Assembly (NCBI RefSeq): GCF_009914755.1
Contig: NC_060940.1
DNA: 64,000 bases
Direction: 5' to 3' (one strand)
DNA from: the human T2T-CHM13v2.0 reference genome, Homo sapiens
The translations under genes were made by a program, and so were the position numbers. A model generated the notes under the pieces. That model was not told the origin of the DNA. It was given only the letters and a program-made list of their open reading frames with translations, and did not search any database. Shown piece after piece: positions 1 to 14,300 of the stretch (position 1 is the stretch's first letter; the number at the start of each line of letters is the position of its first letter).

Positions 1-810
1 TCTTTGATGATTCCATTCCATTCCATTCAATGATTCCATTCGAATCTATTCCATGATGATTCCTTTCGATTCCATTCGCTGATGTTTCCGTTCAATTCCA
101 TTCGATGATGATTCCATTCGATTCCATTCATTGAGGATTCCATTTGATTCCATTCAATGATGATTCCATTCTATTCCATTCAATGATTTCATTCAATTCC
201 ATTCAATGATTATCCCATTAGAGTAAACTCAATGATTCCATTCAATACCATTCGATGATGATTCCATTTGAGTCCATTCAATGATTTCATTCAAGTCCAT
301 TTGATGATTCCTTTCAATTCCATTCTATGATGATTCCATTCGAGTCCATTCGATGGTTCCATTCGATTGCATTCGATGATTCCATTATATTCCATTCAAC
401 GACGATTCCATTCGAGTCCATTCGATGATTCCATTAGAGTACATTTAATGATTGCTTTGTTTTCAATTCGAAGATGATTACATTCGATTCCATTCTATGA
501 TACCATTCGATTCCATTCAATGATGATTCCACTCAAATCCATTGGATGATTCCATTCGTGTCCATTCGGTGATTTCATTAAATTCCATTCGAGGATGATT
601 CCATTCGATTCCATTCGATGATTCCATTCAATTCCATTCGACGATGATTCCATTCGAGTCCATATGATCATTCCATTTGATTTCATTCGATGATGATTCC
701 ATTCGATTCCATTCGATGATTCCATTCTATTCCATTCGATGATGATTCCATTCGAGTCCATTCGATGATTCCATTCGAGTCCATTTAATGATTCCATTGG
801 GTTCAATTCA

Positions 811-1600
811 ATGATGATTACATTGGATTCCGTTCTATGATTCCATTCAATTCCGTTCATTGACAATTTGATTCCATTCGATGATGATTCCATTTGAGTT
901 CATTCGATGACTCTATTCGATTCCCTTCGATGGTGATTCAATTCTATTATATTGGATGATTTGATTCCATTCGATTCCATTTGATGTTGATTCAATTCGA
1001 TTCTATTCGATGATGATTCCATTGGATTTCACTTGATGATTCTATTCGATTCCATTCAATGATGATTCACTTCTCGTCCATTGGATGATTCCATTTCATT
1101 CCATTCGATGATGATTCCATTCGATTCCATTTGATGATTCCATTTGATTCCATTCGACGGTGAGCAATTCGATTCAATTCCATGATGATTCTGTTTGATT
1201 CAATTAGATGATGTTTCCATTCGAATCCATTCCATGATTATTCCATTGGAATCCATTTGGCGATGATTCCATATGAGTCAATTCAACGATGATTCCATAT
1301 GGGTCCGTTCGATGATAATTCCATTTGATTTCATTCGATGCTTCTATTCTATTCCAGTCGATGATGATTCCGTTGGAGTCCATACGATGATTCCATTTGA
1401 TTTCATTTGATGATGATTCCATTCGATGATGATTACATTGGATTCCATTCTATGATTCCATTCAATTCCATTCGTTGATGATTCGATTCCATTCAATGAT
1501 GATTCCATTTGAGTTCATTCGATGATTCTATTCGATTCCGTTTGATGGTGATTCAATTCTATTATATTGGATGATTCCACTCGATTCCATTTGATGATTA
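811..1600 (+). repeat. Internal diverged direct duplication (~170 bp) within the nested unit: ~811-985 and ~1426-1595
   Basis: Both copies read GATGATTACATTGGATTCC...GAGTTCATTCGATGA...GATGGTGATTCAATTCTATTATATTGGATGAT. The offset is 615 bp here and 610 bp in units lacking the 5-bp insertion. Confidence 0.8.
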
Positions 1601-4600
1601 TTCCATTGGAGTCCACTTAGTGAATCCTTTAGATTCTACTCGAAGATGATTCCATTCGAGTCCATTCGACGATACCATTCAATTCCATTCGTTGATGCTT
1701 CCATTCAAGTGCATTCGATGATATCATTCGATTCCATTTGATGATAATTCCATTTGATTCCATGCGATGATTCTATTCGATTCCATTCAATGATAATTCC
1801 ATTCAATTCAGTGATTCCTCTGGACTCCATTTGATGATGATTCCATTCAATGATTCCATTCGATTCTATTCGAAAATGATTCCATTTGAATCCATTTGAT
1901 GATGATTCCATTAGATTCCATTTAATGATTCCATTCTATTCTATTCGATGATGATTCCATTCGATTCCATTTGATGATGATTGGATTCGATTCCATTGGA
2001 TGATTTCATTTGATCCCATTCGTTAATGATTTCGATCAATTCCATTCGATGATTCCATTCGATTCCATTCGATAATGATTACATCCGAGTCCATTCGATG
2101 ATTCCATTTGAGCCTGTTCGATAATTCCATTTGAGTCCAATCAATGATTCCATTCATTTCCATTCAATGATTCCATTAGAGTCCATTTGATCATTCCGGT
2201 AGGGTCCATTCCATGTTGATTCCATTGGAGTGCATTCGATGATTCCATTCGAGTCCATTTTATGATTTGATTCGAGTCCTTTCGATGATTCCATTCGATT
2301 CCACTCGATGATGATTTCATTCGAGTCCATTCGACACTTCCAATCGATTCCATTTGATGTTTCCATTCGAGTCCAATTGATGATTCCATTCAATTCCATT
2401 CGATGATGATTCCGTACGGTTCCATTCTGTGATGATTCCATGTGATTGCATTCAATGATGATTCCTTTCGATTGCATTCGATTATGATTCATTTCGTGTT
2501 CATTCTATGGTTCCACAGGTTTCCATTCGTGTCCATTCCATTATTCCATTCTATTCCATTTGATGATGATTCCATTCGATTCCATTCATTGGTGATTCCA
2601 CTCAATTCCATTCAATGATTCCATTCCATTTCTTTCAACAATGATTCCATTAGTTTCTAATCGATGATCCACTTGATTCCATTTGACGACGATTCCATTC
2701 TTGTCCATTCGATGATTCCATTTGATTCCATATGATGATGATTCCATTCGATTCCATACGATGATGATTCCATTCGAGTCCATTCAATGGTGATTCCATT
2801 CAATTCCATTCGATGATTCCTTTCGATTCCATTCGATGATGATGGCATTCGATTCCTTTCAATCATTCCTTTTGATTCCATTCAAAGGTGATTTCATTCA
2901 AGTACATTCGATAATTGCATTCGATTCCATTCTATGATGATTCCATTCGAGTCCATTTGATGATTCCATTCAATTCAAGTCAATGATGATTCCATTCGAT
3001 TCCATTCGATGATTCCATTGGATTCCATTCGATGATGATTCTATTCAAATCCATTCGATAATTCAATTCAAGTCCATTCGATGATGATTCCAATCGAATC
3101 CATTCAAAGATTCCATTCAGTTCCATTCGATGATTCCCTTAGATTCCATTCGATGATTCCACTTGATTCCATTTACGATGATTCCTTTCGATTCCATGTG
3201 ATGATTCCATTCAATTCTATTCAATGATGTTTCCATTTGATTCCATTCGACCATGATTGCCTTTGATTCCATTCAATGATTCCATTCGGTTCCTTTTGAT
3301 GATGATTCCGTTCGATTCCATTTGATGATTCCATTTGATTCCATTGGATGAGTCCATTCGATTACATTCGATGATTATTCCACTCGAGTGCATTAGATGA
3401 TTCCATTCGAGTCCATTCGATGATTCCATTCGATTCCATTCGATGTTGATTCTGTTCAAATCCATTCGATGATTCCACTCGATTCCATTCGATGACTCCA
3501 TTTGATCCCATTTGATGATTTCCTGTGATTCCCTTTGATGATCATTCCATTTGATTCAATTCGGTGATTTCATTGGATTCCATTCAGTGATGTTTCCATT
3601 CGACTCCATTCGATGATGATTCCATTCGACTCCATTCGATTATGATTTCATTCAATTCCATTCGATAATGATTCCCTTCGAGTCCATTCGATGATTCCAT
3701 TCGATTCCATTCAACGATGATTTGATTCGTGTCCATTCGATGATTCCATTTGATTCCACTTGATGATGATTCCATTCGTGTCCATTTGATGATTCCATTC
3801 AATTCCATTCTCCGATGATTTCTTTTGAGCCCACTCAATGCTTCCACTCGATTCCATATGATGATGACTCCATTCGATGAAATTCGATGATGATTCCATT
3901 CGCTTGCTTTCGATGATGATTCCACTTGAGTCCGTTAGAAGATTCTATTCAATTACATTCCATGACGATTCCGTTCGAGTCCATTTGATGATTCCATTAG
4001 ACTCCATTCGACGATGATTCCATTCGATGTTATTCGATGATTCCATTCGATCTCATTCGATGATGATTCCATTCAACTCCATTCGATGTTTCCATTCGAG
4101 TTCATTCTATTATTCCATTAGATTCCATTCGATGATGATTCCATTCGCTTCCATTTGATGATTGCATTCTATTTCAATAGATGATGATTCCATCCGAGTC
4201 CACTCAATGATTCCATTCGAGTCCATTTAATGAATCCATTGGTTTCAATTCTATGATGATTACATTGGATTCCATTCGTTGATGATTTCATTCGATTCCA
4301 TTCAATGATGATTCCATTCAATTCCTTTCAATGTTTCCATTCAATTCCATACGATGATGATTCCATTTGATTTGATTCGACAGTGAGCCATTCGATTCAA
4401 TTCCATGATGATTCTATTTTATTCCATTGGTTGACATTTCCATTCGATTCCATTCGATGATGATTCCCTTTGATTCCATTCAAAGATGATTCCATTCTAG
4501 CCCATTCAATCATTCCATTCGATTCTATTCAATGATGATTCCATTCATGTCGATTTGGTGATTCCATTTGACTTCATTTGATGATGATTCCTTTCAAGTT

Positions 4601-6036
4601 CATTAGATGATTCCATTCGATTCCATTTGATGATGATCCCATTCGAGTCCATTCAGTGATTCCATTCGTTTCCATTCCATGATGATTCCATTCCATTCCA
4701 TTCAATGATTCCATTCGATTCCATTTGATGATTATTTCATTCGAGTCCATTTGATGATTCCATTTGATTCCATTCGATGATGATTCCATTCGAGTCCATT
4801 CGATGATTCTATTCGAATCCCTTTGATGATTTCTTTTGATTATAGTTGGTGATGATTCCATTGGAGTCCATTCAATGATTCCATTCGATTCCAATCGATG
4901 GTGATTCCATTAGAGTCCATTTAATGATTCCATTTGATTCCAGTCTCTGATGATTACATTCGAGTCCATACGATGATTCCACTCAATTCCATATCATGAT
5001 GATTCCATTCGATTCCATTCGATGATTCCATTCTATTCTATTCAATGGTGATTCCATTCGAGTACATTAGATGATTCCATTCGATTCCATTCAATGATGA
5101 TTCTATTTGTGTCCCTTAGATGATTCCACATGATTCCATTAGATGATGATACTATTTGAGCCCATCCAATGATTCCCTTCGATTCCATTCGATGAGGATT
5201 CCATTCGATTCAATTCATTGGTGATTCTATTCAATTCAATTCTTTGATTCCATTCCATTCCATTCGACAATGATTCCATTCGATTTCTTTCGATGATTCC
5301 ACTCGATTCCACTTGACATTGATTCCATTAGATTCCATTCAATGATTCCATTTGATTCCAGTGGATGATGATTGCCATCGATTCCGTTCGATCACTCAAT
5401 TCTATTCCATTTGATGATGATTACATTCGATCCCATTTGATGATTCCATCTGATTCTATTCGAGGATTCCATTTGATTCCATTCGATGATGATTCCATTC
5501 GAGTCCATTCGATGATTTCATTCGAGTACATCCAATGATTCCATTCGAGTCCATTTGATGATTCCATTTCATTCCATTTGATTATGATTCTACTAGAGTC
5601 CATTCAATGACTCCATTCGAGTCCATTCAACAATTCCATTCGAGTCCATTCGATGATTCCATTCGATTCCATTTGATGATTCCATTCGAGTCCATTTAAT
5701 CATTACAGTCGAGTCCATTTGGTGATTCCACTGGATTTCTTTTGATAATGATACCATTCAATTACATTTGATGATGATCCCATTCAATTTCATTTGATGA
5801 TGATTCCATTAGAGTCCATTCGATGATTTCATTCGAGTCCCTTATTGATTCCATCCGATTTCATTGGATGATGACTCCATTCGAGTCCATTCGATGATTC
5901 CACTCGATTCCATTAGATGATTCCATTGGAGTCCATTTGATTGTTCCATTCGATTCCATTCGATTCCTTTCGAAGATTATTCCATTTGAGTCCATTCGAT
6001 GATGATTCCATTCCATTCCATTCGATGATTCCGTTT

Positions 6037-6055
6037 GATTCCATTCGATGATTCC
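6037..6055 (+). other. Deletion junction 1 (1148 bp removed; 19-bp microhomology GATTCCATTCGATGATTCC)
   Basis: The left flank matches 57181-57244 and the right flank matches 58393 onward. 6112-1148-23-1 = 4940, the observed spacing. Confidence 0.85.
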
Positions 6056-9000
6056 ATTTGATTCCATTCGACGGTGAGCAATTCGATTCAATTCCATGAT
6101 GATTCTATTTGATTCAATTAGATGATGTTTCCATTCGAATCCATTCCATGATTATTCCATTGGAATCCATTTGGCGATGATTCCATATGAGTCAATTCAA
6201 TGATGATTCCATATGGGTCCGTTCGATGATAATTCCATTTGATTTCATTCGATGCTTCTATTCTATTCCAGTCGATGATGATTCCGTTGGAGTCCATACG
6301 ATGATTCCATTTGATTTCATTTGATGATGATTCCATTCGATGATGATTACATTGGATTCCATTCTATGATTCCATTCAATTCCATTCGTTGATGATTCGA
6401 TTCCATTCAATGATGATTCCATTTGAGTTCATTCGATGATTCTATTCGATTCCGTTCGATGGTGATTCAATTCTATTATATTGGATGATTCCACTCGATT
6501 CCATTTGATGATTATTCCATTGGAGTCCACTTAGGGAATCCTTTAGATTCTACTCGAAGATGATTCCATTCGAGTCCATTCGATGATACCATTCAATTCC
6601 ATTCGTTGATGCTTCCATTCAAGTGCATTCGATGATATCATTCGATTCCATTTGATGATAATTCCATTTGATTCCATTCAATGATAATTCCATTCAATTC
6701 AGTGATTCCTCTGGACTCCATTTGATGATGATTCCATTCAATGATTCCATTCGATTCTATTCGAAAATGATTCCATTTGAATCCATTTGATGATGATTCC
6801 ATTAGATTCCATTTGATGATTCCATTCGATTCCATTCGACGATGATTCCATTCGATTCCATTTGATGATTCCATTCTATTCTATTCGATGATGATTCCAT
6901 TCGATTCCATTCGATGATGATTGGATTCGATTCCATTTGATGATTTCATTTGATTCCATTCGTTAATGATTTCGATCAATTCCATTCGATGATTCCATTC
7001 GATTCCATTCGATAATGATTACATCCGAGTCCATTCGATGATTCCATTTGAGCCTGTTCGATAATTCCATTTGAGTCCAACCAATGATTCCATTCATTTC
7101 CATTCAATGATTCCATTCGAGTCCATTTGATCATTCCGGTAGGGTCCATTCGATGTTGATTCCATTGGAGTGCATTCGATGATTCCACTCGAGTCCATTT
7201 TATGATTTGATTCGAGTCCTTTCGATGATTCCATTCGATTCCACTCGATGATGATTTCATTCGAGTCCATTCGACACTTCCAATCGATTCCATTTGATGT
7301 TTCCATTCGAGTCCAATTGATGATTCCATTCAATTCCATTCGATGATGATTCCGTACGATTCCATTCTGTGATGATTCCATGTGATTGCATTCAATGATG
7401 ATTCCTTTCGATTGCATTCGATTATGATTCATTTCGTGTTCATTCTATGGTTCCACAGGTTTCACATCGTGTCCATTCCATTATTCCATTCTATTCCATT
7501 TGATGATGATTCCATTCGATTCCATTCATTGGTGATTCCACTCAATTCCATTCAATGATTCCATTCCATTTCTTTCAACAATGATTCCATTACTTTCTAA
7601 TCGATGATCCACTTGATTCCATTTGACGACGATTCCATTCTTGTCCATTCGATGATTCCATTTGATTCCATATGATGATGATTCCATTCGATTCCATACG
7701 ATGATGATTCCATTCGAGTCCATTCAATGGTGATTCCATTCAATTCCATTCGATGATTCCTTTCGATTCCATTCGATGATGATGGCATTCGATTCCTTTC
7801 AATCATTCCCTTTGATTCCATTCAAAGGTGATTTCATTCAAGTCCATTCGATAATTGCATTCGATTCCATTCTATGATGATTCCATTCGAGTCCATTTGA
7901 TGATTCCATTCAATTCAAGTCAATGATGATTCCATTCGATTCCATTCGATGATTCCATTGGATTCCATTCGATGATGATTCCATTCAAATCCATTCGATA
8001 ATTCAATTCAAGTCCATTCGATGATGATTCCAATCGAATCCATTCAAATATTCCATTCAGTTCCATTCGATGATTCCCTTAGATTCCATTCGATGATTCC
8101 ACTTGATTCCATTTACGATGATTCCATTCGATTCCATGTGATGATTCCATTCAATTCTATTCAATGATGTTTCCATTTGATTCCATTCGACCATGATTGC
8201 CTTTGATTCCATTCAATGATTCCATTCGGTTCCTTTTGATGATGATTCCATTCGATTCCATTTGATGATTCCATTTGATTCCATTGGATGAGTCCATTCG
8301 ATTACATTCGATGATTGTTCCATTCGAGAGCATTAGATGATTCCATTCGAGTCCATTCGATGATTCCATTCGATTCCATTCGATGTTGATTCTGTTCAAA
8401 TCCATTCGATGATTCCACTCGATTCCATTCGATGACTCCATTTGATCCCATTTGATGATTTCCTTTGATTCCCTTTGGTGATCATTCCATTTGATTCAAT
8501 TCGGTGATTTCATTGGATTCCATTCAGTGATGTTTCCATTCGACTCCATTCGATGATGATTCCATTCGACTCCATTCGATTATGATTTCATTCAATTCCA
8601 TTCGATAATGATTCCCTTCGAGTCCATTCGATGATTCCATTCGATTCCGTTCAACGATGATTTGATTCGTGTCCATTCGATGATTCCATTTGATTCCACT
8701 TGATGATGATTCCATTCGAGTCCATTTGATGATTCCATTCAATTCCATTCTCCGATGATTTCTTTTGAGCCCACTCAATGCTTCCACTCGATTCCATATG
8801 ATGATGACTCCATTCGATGAAATTCGATGATGATTCCATTCGCTTGTTTTCAATGATGATTCCACTTGAGTCCGTTAGAAGATTCTATTCAATTACATTC
8901 CATGACGATTCCGTTCGAGTCCATTTGATGATTCCATTAGACTCCATTCGACGATGATTCCATTCGATGTTATTCGATGATTCCATTCGATCTCATTCGA

Positions 9001-11004
9001 TGATGATTCCATTCAACTCTTTTCGATGTATCTATTCGAGTTCATTCTATTAATCCATTAGATTCAATTCGATGATGATTCCATTCGATTCCATTTGATG
9101 ATTGCATTCTATTTCATTTGATGATGATTCCATTCTAGTCCACTCGATGATTCCATTCGAGTCCATTTATTGAATCCATTGGTTTCAATTCTATGATGAT
9201 TACATTGGATTCCATTCGTTGATGATTTCATTTGGCTCCATTCAATGATGATTCTATTCAATTCCTTTCAATGTTTCCATTCAATTCCATACGATGATGA
9301 TTCCATTTGATTTGATTCGACAGTGAGCCATTCGATTCAATTCCATGATGATTCTATTTTATTCAATTGGTTGACATTTCCATTCGATTCCATTCGATGA
9401 TGATTCCCTTTGATTCCAAAGATGATTCCATTCTAGCCCATTCAATCATTCCATTCGATTCTATTCAATGATGATTCCATTCATGTCAATTTGGTGATTC
9501 CATTTGACTTCATTTGATGATGATTCCTTTCAAGTTCATTAGATGATTCCATTCGATTCCATTTGATGATGATCCCATTCGAGTCCATTCAGTGATTCCA
9601 TTCGTTTCCATTCCATGATGATTCCATTCCATTCCATTCAATGATTCCATTCGATTCCGTTTGATGATGATTTCATTCGAGTCCATTTGATGATTCCATT
9701 TGATTCCATTCGATGATGACTCCATTCGAGTCCATTCGATGATTCTATTCGAATCCATTTGATGATTTCTTTTGATTATAGTTGGTGATGATTCCATTGG
9801 AGTCCATTCAATGATTCCATTCGATTCCAATCGATGGTGATTCCATTAGAGTCCATTTAATGATTCCATTTGATTCCAGTCTCTGATGATTACATTCGAG
9901 TCCATACGATGATTCCACTCAATTCCATATCATGATGATTCCATTCGATTCCATTCGATGATTCCATTCTATTCTATTCAATGGTGATTCCTTTCGAGTA
10001 CATTAGATGATTCCATTCGTTTCCATTCAATGATGATTCTATTTGTGTCCCTTAGATGATTCCACATGATTCCATTAGATGATGATACTATTTGAGCCCA
10101 TCCAATGATTCCCTTCGATTCCATTCGATGAGGATTCCATTCGATTCAATTCATTGGTGATTCTATTCAATTCAATTCTTTGATTCCATTCCATTCCATT
10201 CGACAATGATTCCATTCGATTTCTTTAGATGATTCCACTCGATTCCACTTGACATTGATTCCATTCGATTCCATTCAATGATTCCATTTGATTCCAGTGG
10301 ATGATGATGGCCATCGATTCCGTTCGATCACTCCATTCTATTCCATTTGATGATGATTACATTCGATTCCATTTGATGATTCCATCTGATTCTATTCGAG
10401 GATTCCATTTGATTCCATTCGATGATGATTCCATTCGAGTGCATTCGATGATTTCATTCGAGTACATCCAATGATTCCATTCGAGTCCATTTGATGATTC
10501 CATTTGATTCCATTTGATTATGATTCTACTAGATTCCATTCAATGACTCCATTCGAGTCCATTCAACAATTCCATTCGAGTCCATTCGATGATTCCATTC
10601 GATTCCATTTGATGATTCCATTCGAGTCCATTTAATCATTACAGTCGAGTCCATTTGGTGATTCCACTGGATTTCTTTTGATAATGATACCATTCAATTA
10701 CATTTGATGATGATCCCATTCAATTTCATTTGATGATGATTCCATTAGAGTCCATTCGATGATTTCATTCGAGTCCCTTCATTGATTCCATCCGATTTCA
10801 TTGGATGATGACTCCATTCGAGTCCATTCGATGATTCTACTCGATTCCATTAGATGATTCCATTGGAGTCCATTTGATTGTTCCATTCGATTCCATTCGA
10901 TTCCTTTCGAAGATTATTCCATTTGAGTCCATTCGAAGATGATTCCATTCCATTCCATTCGATGATTCCTTTTGATTCCATTCAATGATTCCCTTCGATT
11001 CCTT
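6056..11004 (+). repeat. Nested repeat unit U2 (lacks the first ~1.14 kb of the unit)
   Basis: It resumes at the ACGGTGAGCAATTC landmark. ORF 6118..6336 matches 58455..58673. It has a private 23-bp deletion (~6676) and a 4-bp deletion (~9417). Confidence 0.85.
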
Positions 11005-11320
11005 TCTTTGATGATTCCATTCCATTCCATTCAATGATTCCATTCGAATCTATTCCATGATGATTCCTTTCGATTCCATTCGCTGATGTTTCCGTTCAAT
11101 TCCATTCGATGCTCATTCCATTCGATTCCATTCATCGAGGATTCCATTTGATTCCATTCAATGATGATTCCATTCTATTCCATTCAATGATTGCATTCAA
11201 TTCCATTCAATGATTATCCCATTAGAGTAAACTCAACGATTCCATTCAATACCATTCGATGATGATTCCTTTTGAGTCCATTCAATGATTTCATTCAAGT
11301 CCATTTGATGATTCCTTTCA

Positions 11321-11329
11321 ATTCCATTC
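11321..11329 (+). other. Deletion junction 2 (1164 bp removed; 9-bp microhomology ATTCCATTC)
   Basis: The left flank matches up to 57581 and the right flank matches 58746 onward. 6112-1164-4 = 4944, the observed spacing. Confidence 0.85.
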
Positions 11330-14300
11330 AATGATGATTCCATTTGAGTTCATTCGATGATTCTATTCGATTCCGTTCGATGGTGATTCAATTCTATTAT
11401 ATTGGATAATTCCACTCGATTCCATTTGATGATTATTCCATTGGAGTCCACTTAGCAAATCCTTTAGATTCTACTCGAAGATGATTCCATTCGAGTCCAT
11501 TCGATGATACCATTCAATTCCATTCGTTGATGCTTCCATTCAAGTGCATTCAATGATATCATTCGATTCCATTTGATGATAATTCCATTTGATTCCATGC
11601 GATGATTCTATTCGATTCCATTCAATGATAATTCCATTCAATTCAGTGATTCCTCTGGACTCCATTTGATGATGATTCCATTCAATGATTCCATTCGATT
11701 CTATTCGAAAATGATTCCATTTGAATCCATTTGATGATGATTCCATTAGATTCCATTTGATGATTCCATTCAATTCCATTCGACGATGATTCCATTCGAT
11801 TCCGTTTGATGATTCCATTCTATTCTATTCGATGATGATTCCATTCAATTCCAGTTGATGATGATTGCATTCGATTCCATTGGATGATTTCATTTGATTC
11901 CATTCGTTAATGATTTCGATCAATTCCATTCGATGATTCCATTCGATTCCATTCGATAATGATTACATCCGAGTCCATTCGATGATTCCATTTGAGCCTG
12001 TTCGATAATTCCATTTGAGTCCAATCAATGATTCCATTCATTTCCATTCAATGATTCCATTCGAGTCCATTTGATCATTCCGGTAGGGTCCATTCGATGT
12101 TGATTCCATTGGAGTACATTCGATGATTCCATTCGAGTCCATTTTACGATTTGATTCGAGTCCTTTCGATGATTCCATTCGATTCCACTCGATGATGATT
12201 TCATTCGAGTCCATTCGACACTTCCAATCGATTCCATTTGATGTTTCCATTCGAGTCCAATTGATGATTCCATTCAATTCCATTCGATGATGATTCCGTA
12301 CGTTTCCATTCTGTGATGATTCCATGTGATTGCATTCAATGATGATTCCTTTCGATTGCATTCGATTATGATTCATTTCGTGTTCATTCTATGGTTCCAC
12401 AGGTTTCCATTCGTGTCCATTCCATTATTCCATTTTATTCCATTTGATGATGATTCCATTCGATTCCATTCATTGGTGATTCCACTCAATTCCATTCAAT
12501 GATTCCATTCCATTTCTTTCAACAATGATTCCATTACTTTCTAATCGATGATCCACTTGATTCCATTTGACGACGATTCCATTCTTGTCCATTCGATGAT
12601 TCCATTTGATTCCATATGATGATGATTCCATTCGATTCCATACCATGATGATTCCATTCGAGTCCATTCAATGGTGATTCCATTCAATTCCATTCGATGA
12701 TTCCTTTCGATTCCATTCGATGATGATGGCATTCGATTCCTTTCAATCATTCCCTTTGATTGCATTCAAAGGTGATTTCATTCAAGTCCATTTGATAATT
12801 GCATTCGATTCCATTCTATGATGATTCCATTCGAGTCCATTTGATGATTCCATTCAATTCAAGTCAATGATGATTCCATTCGATTCCATTCGATGATTCC
12901 ATTGGATTCCATTCGATGATGATTCCATTCAAATCCATTCGATAATTCAATTCAAGTCCATTCGATGATGATTCCAATCGAATCCATTCAAAGATTCCAT
13001 TCAGTTCCATTCGATGATTCCCTTAGATTCCATTCGATGATTCCACTTGATTCCATTTACGATGATTCCATTCGATTCCATGTGATGATTCCATTCAATT
13101 CTATTCAATGATGTTTCCGTTTGATTCCATTCGACCATGATTGCCTTTGATTCCATTCAATGATTCCATTCGGTTCCTTTTGATGATGATTCCATTCGAT
13201 TCCATTTGATGATTCCATTTGATTCCATTGGATGAGTCCATTCGATTACATTCGATGATGATTCCATTCGAGTGCATTAGATGATTCCACTCGAGTCCAT
13301 TCGATGATTCCATTCAATTCCATTCGATGTTGATTCTGTTCAAATCCATTCGATGATTCCACTCGATTCCATTCGATGACTCCATTTGATCCCATTCGAT
13401 GATTTCCTTTAATTCCCTTTGATGATCACTCCATTTGATTCAATTCGGTGATTTCGTTTGATTCCATTCAGTGATGTTTCCATTCGACTCCATTCGATGA
13501 TGATTCCATTCGACTCCATTCGATTATGATTTCATTCAATTCCATTCGATAATGATTCCCTTCGAGTCCATTCGATGATTCCATTCGATTCCATTCAACG
13601 ATGATTTGATTCGTGTCCATTCGATGATTCCATTTGATTCCACCTGATGATGATTCCATTCGAGTCCATTTGATGATTCCATTCAATTCCATTCTCCGAT
13701 GATTTCTTTTGAGCCCACTCAATGCTTCCACTCGATTCCATATGATGATGACTCCATTCGATGAAATTCGATGATGATTCCATTCGCTTGCTTTCAATGA
13801 TGATTCCACTTGAGTCCGTTAGAAAATTCTATTCAATTACATTCCATGACGATTCTGTTCGAGTCCATTTGATGATTCCATTAGACTCCATTCGACGATG
13901 ATTCCATTCGATGTTATTCGATGATTCCATTCGATCTCATTCGTTGATGATTCCATTCAACTCTTTTCGATGTATCCATTCGAGTTCATTCTATTATTCC
14001 ATTAGATTCAATTCGATGATGATTCCATTCGATTCCATTTGATGATTGCATTCTATTTCATTTGATGATGATTCCATTCGAGTCCACTCGATGATTCCAT
14101 TCGAGTCCATTTAATGAATCCATTGGTTTCAATTCTATGATGATTACATTGGATTACATTCGTTGATGATTTCATTCGGCTCCATTCAATGATGATTCTA
14201 TTCAATTCCTTTCAATGTTTCCATTCAATTCCATACGATGATGATTACATTTGATTTGATTCGACAGTGAGCCATTCGATTCAATTCCATGATGATTCTA

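Larger units (their letters stand above)
1..6055 (+). repeat. Nested repeat unit U1 (near full length; ends at a 1148-bp deletion junction)
   Basis: Position 1 is in phase with 57257 (ORF 495..893 vs 57751..58149). It carries a 5-bp insertion (~961-965), a 49-bp deletion (~1923) and a 1-bp deletion (~5843) relative to the 6112-bp unit. Confidence 0.85.

Noticed and set aside
1240-1252. Short inverted repeat ATTCCA-T-TGGAAT, once per unit
   Set aside because: The 6-bp arms arise from a couple of substitutions in the consensus and are too weak to call a hairpin or terminator.
5247-5265. Pure (CATTC)3 runs suggesting HSat3 or TEAD-type CATTCC sites
   Set aside because: There are only a few ~15-20-bp runs per unit, explicable by single G>C changes. 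This is not an HSat3 block, and there is no evidence of function.
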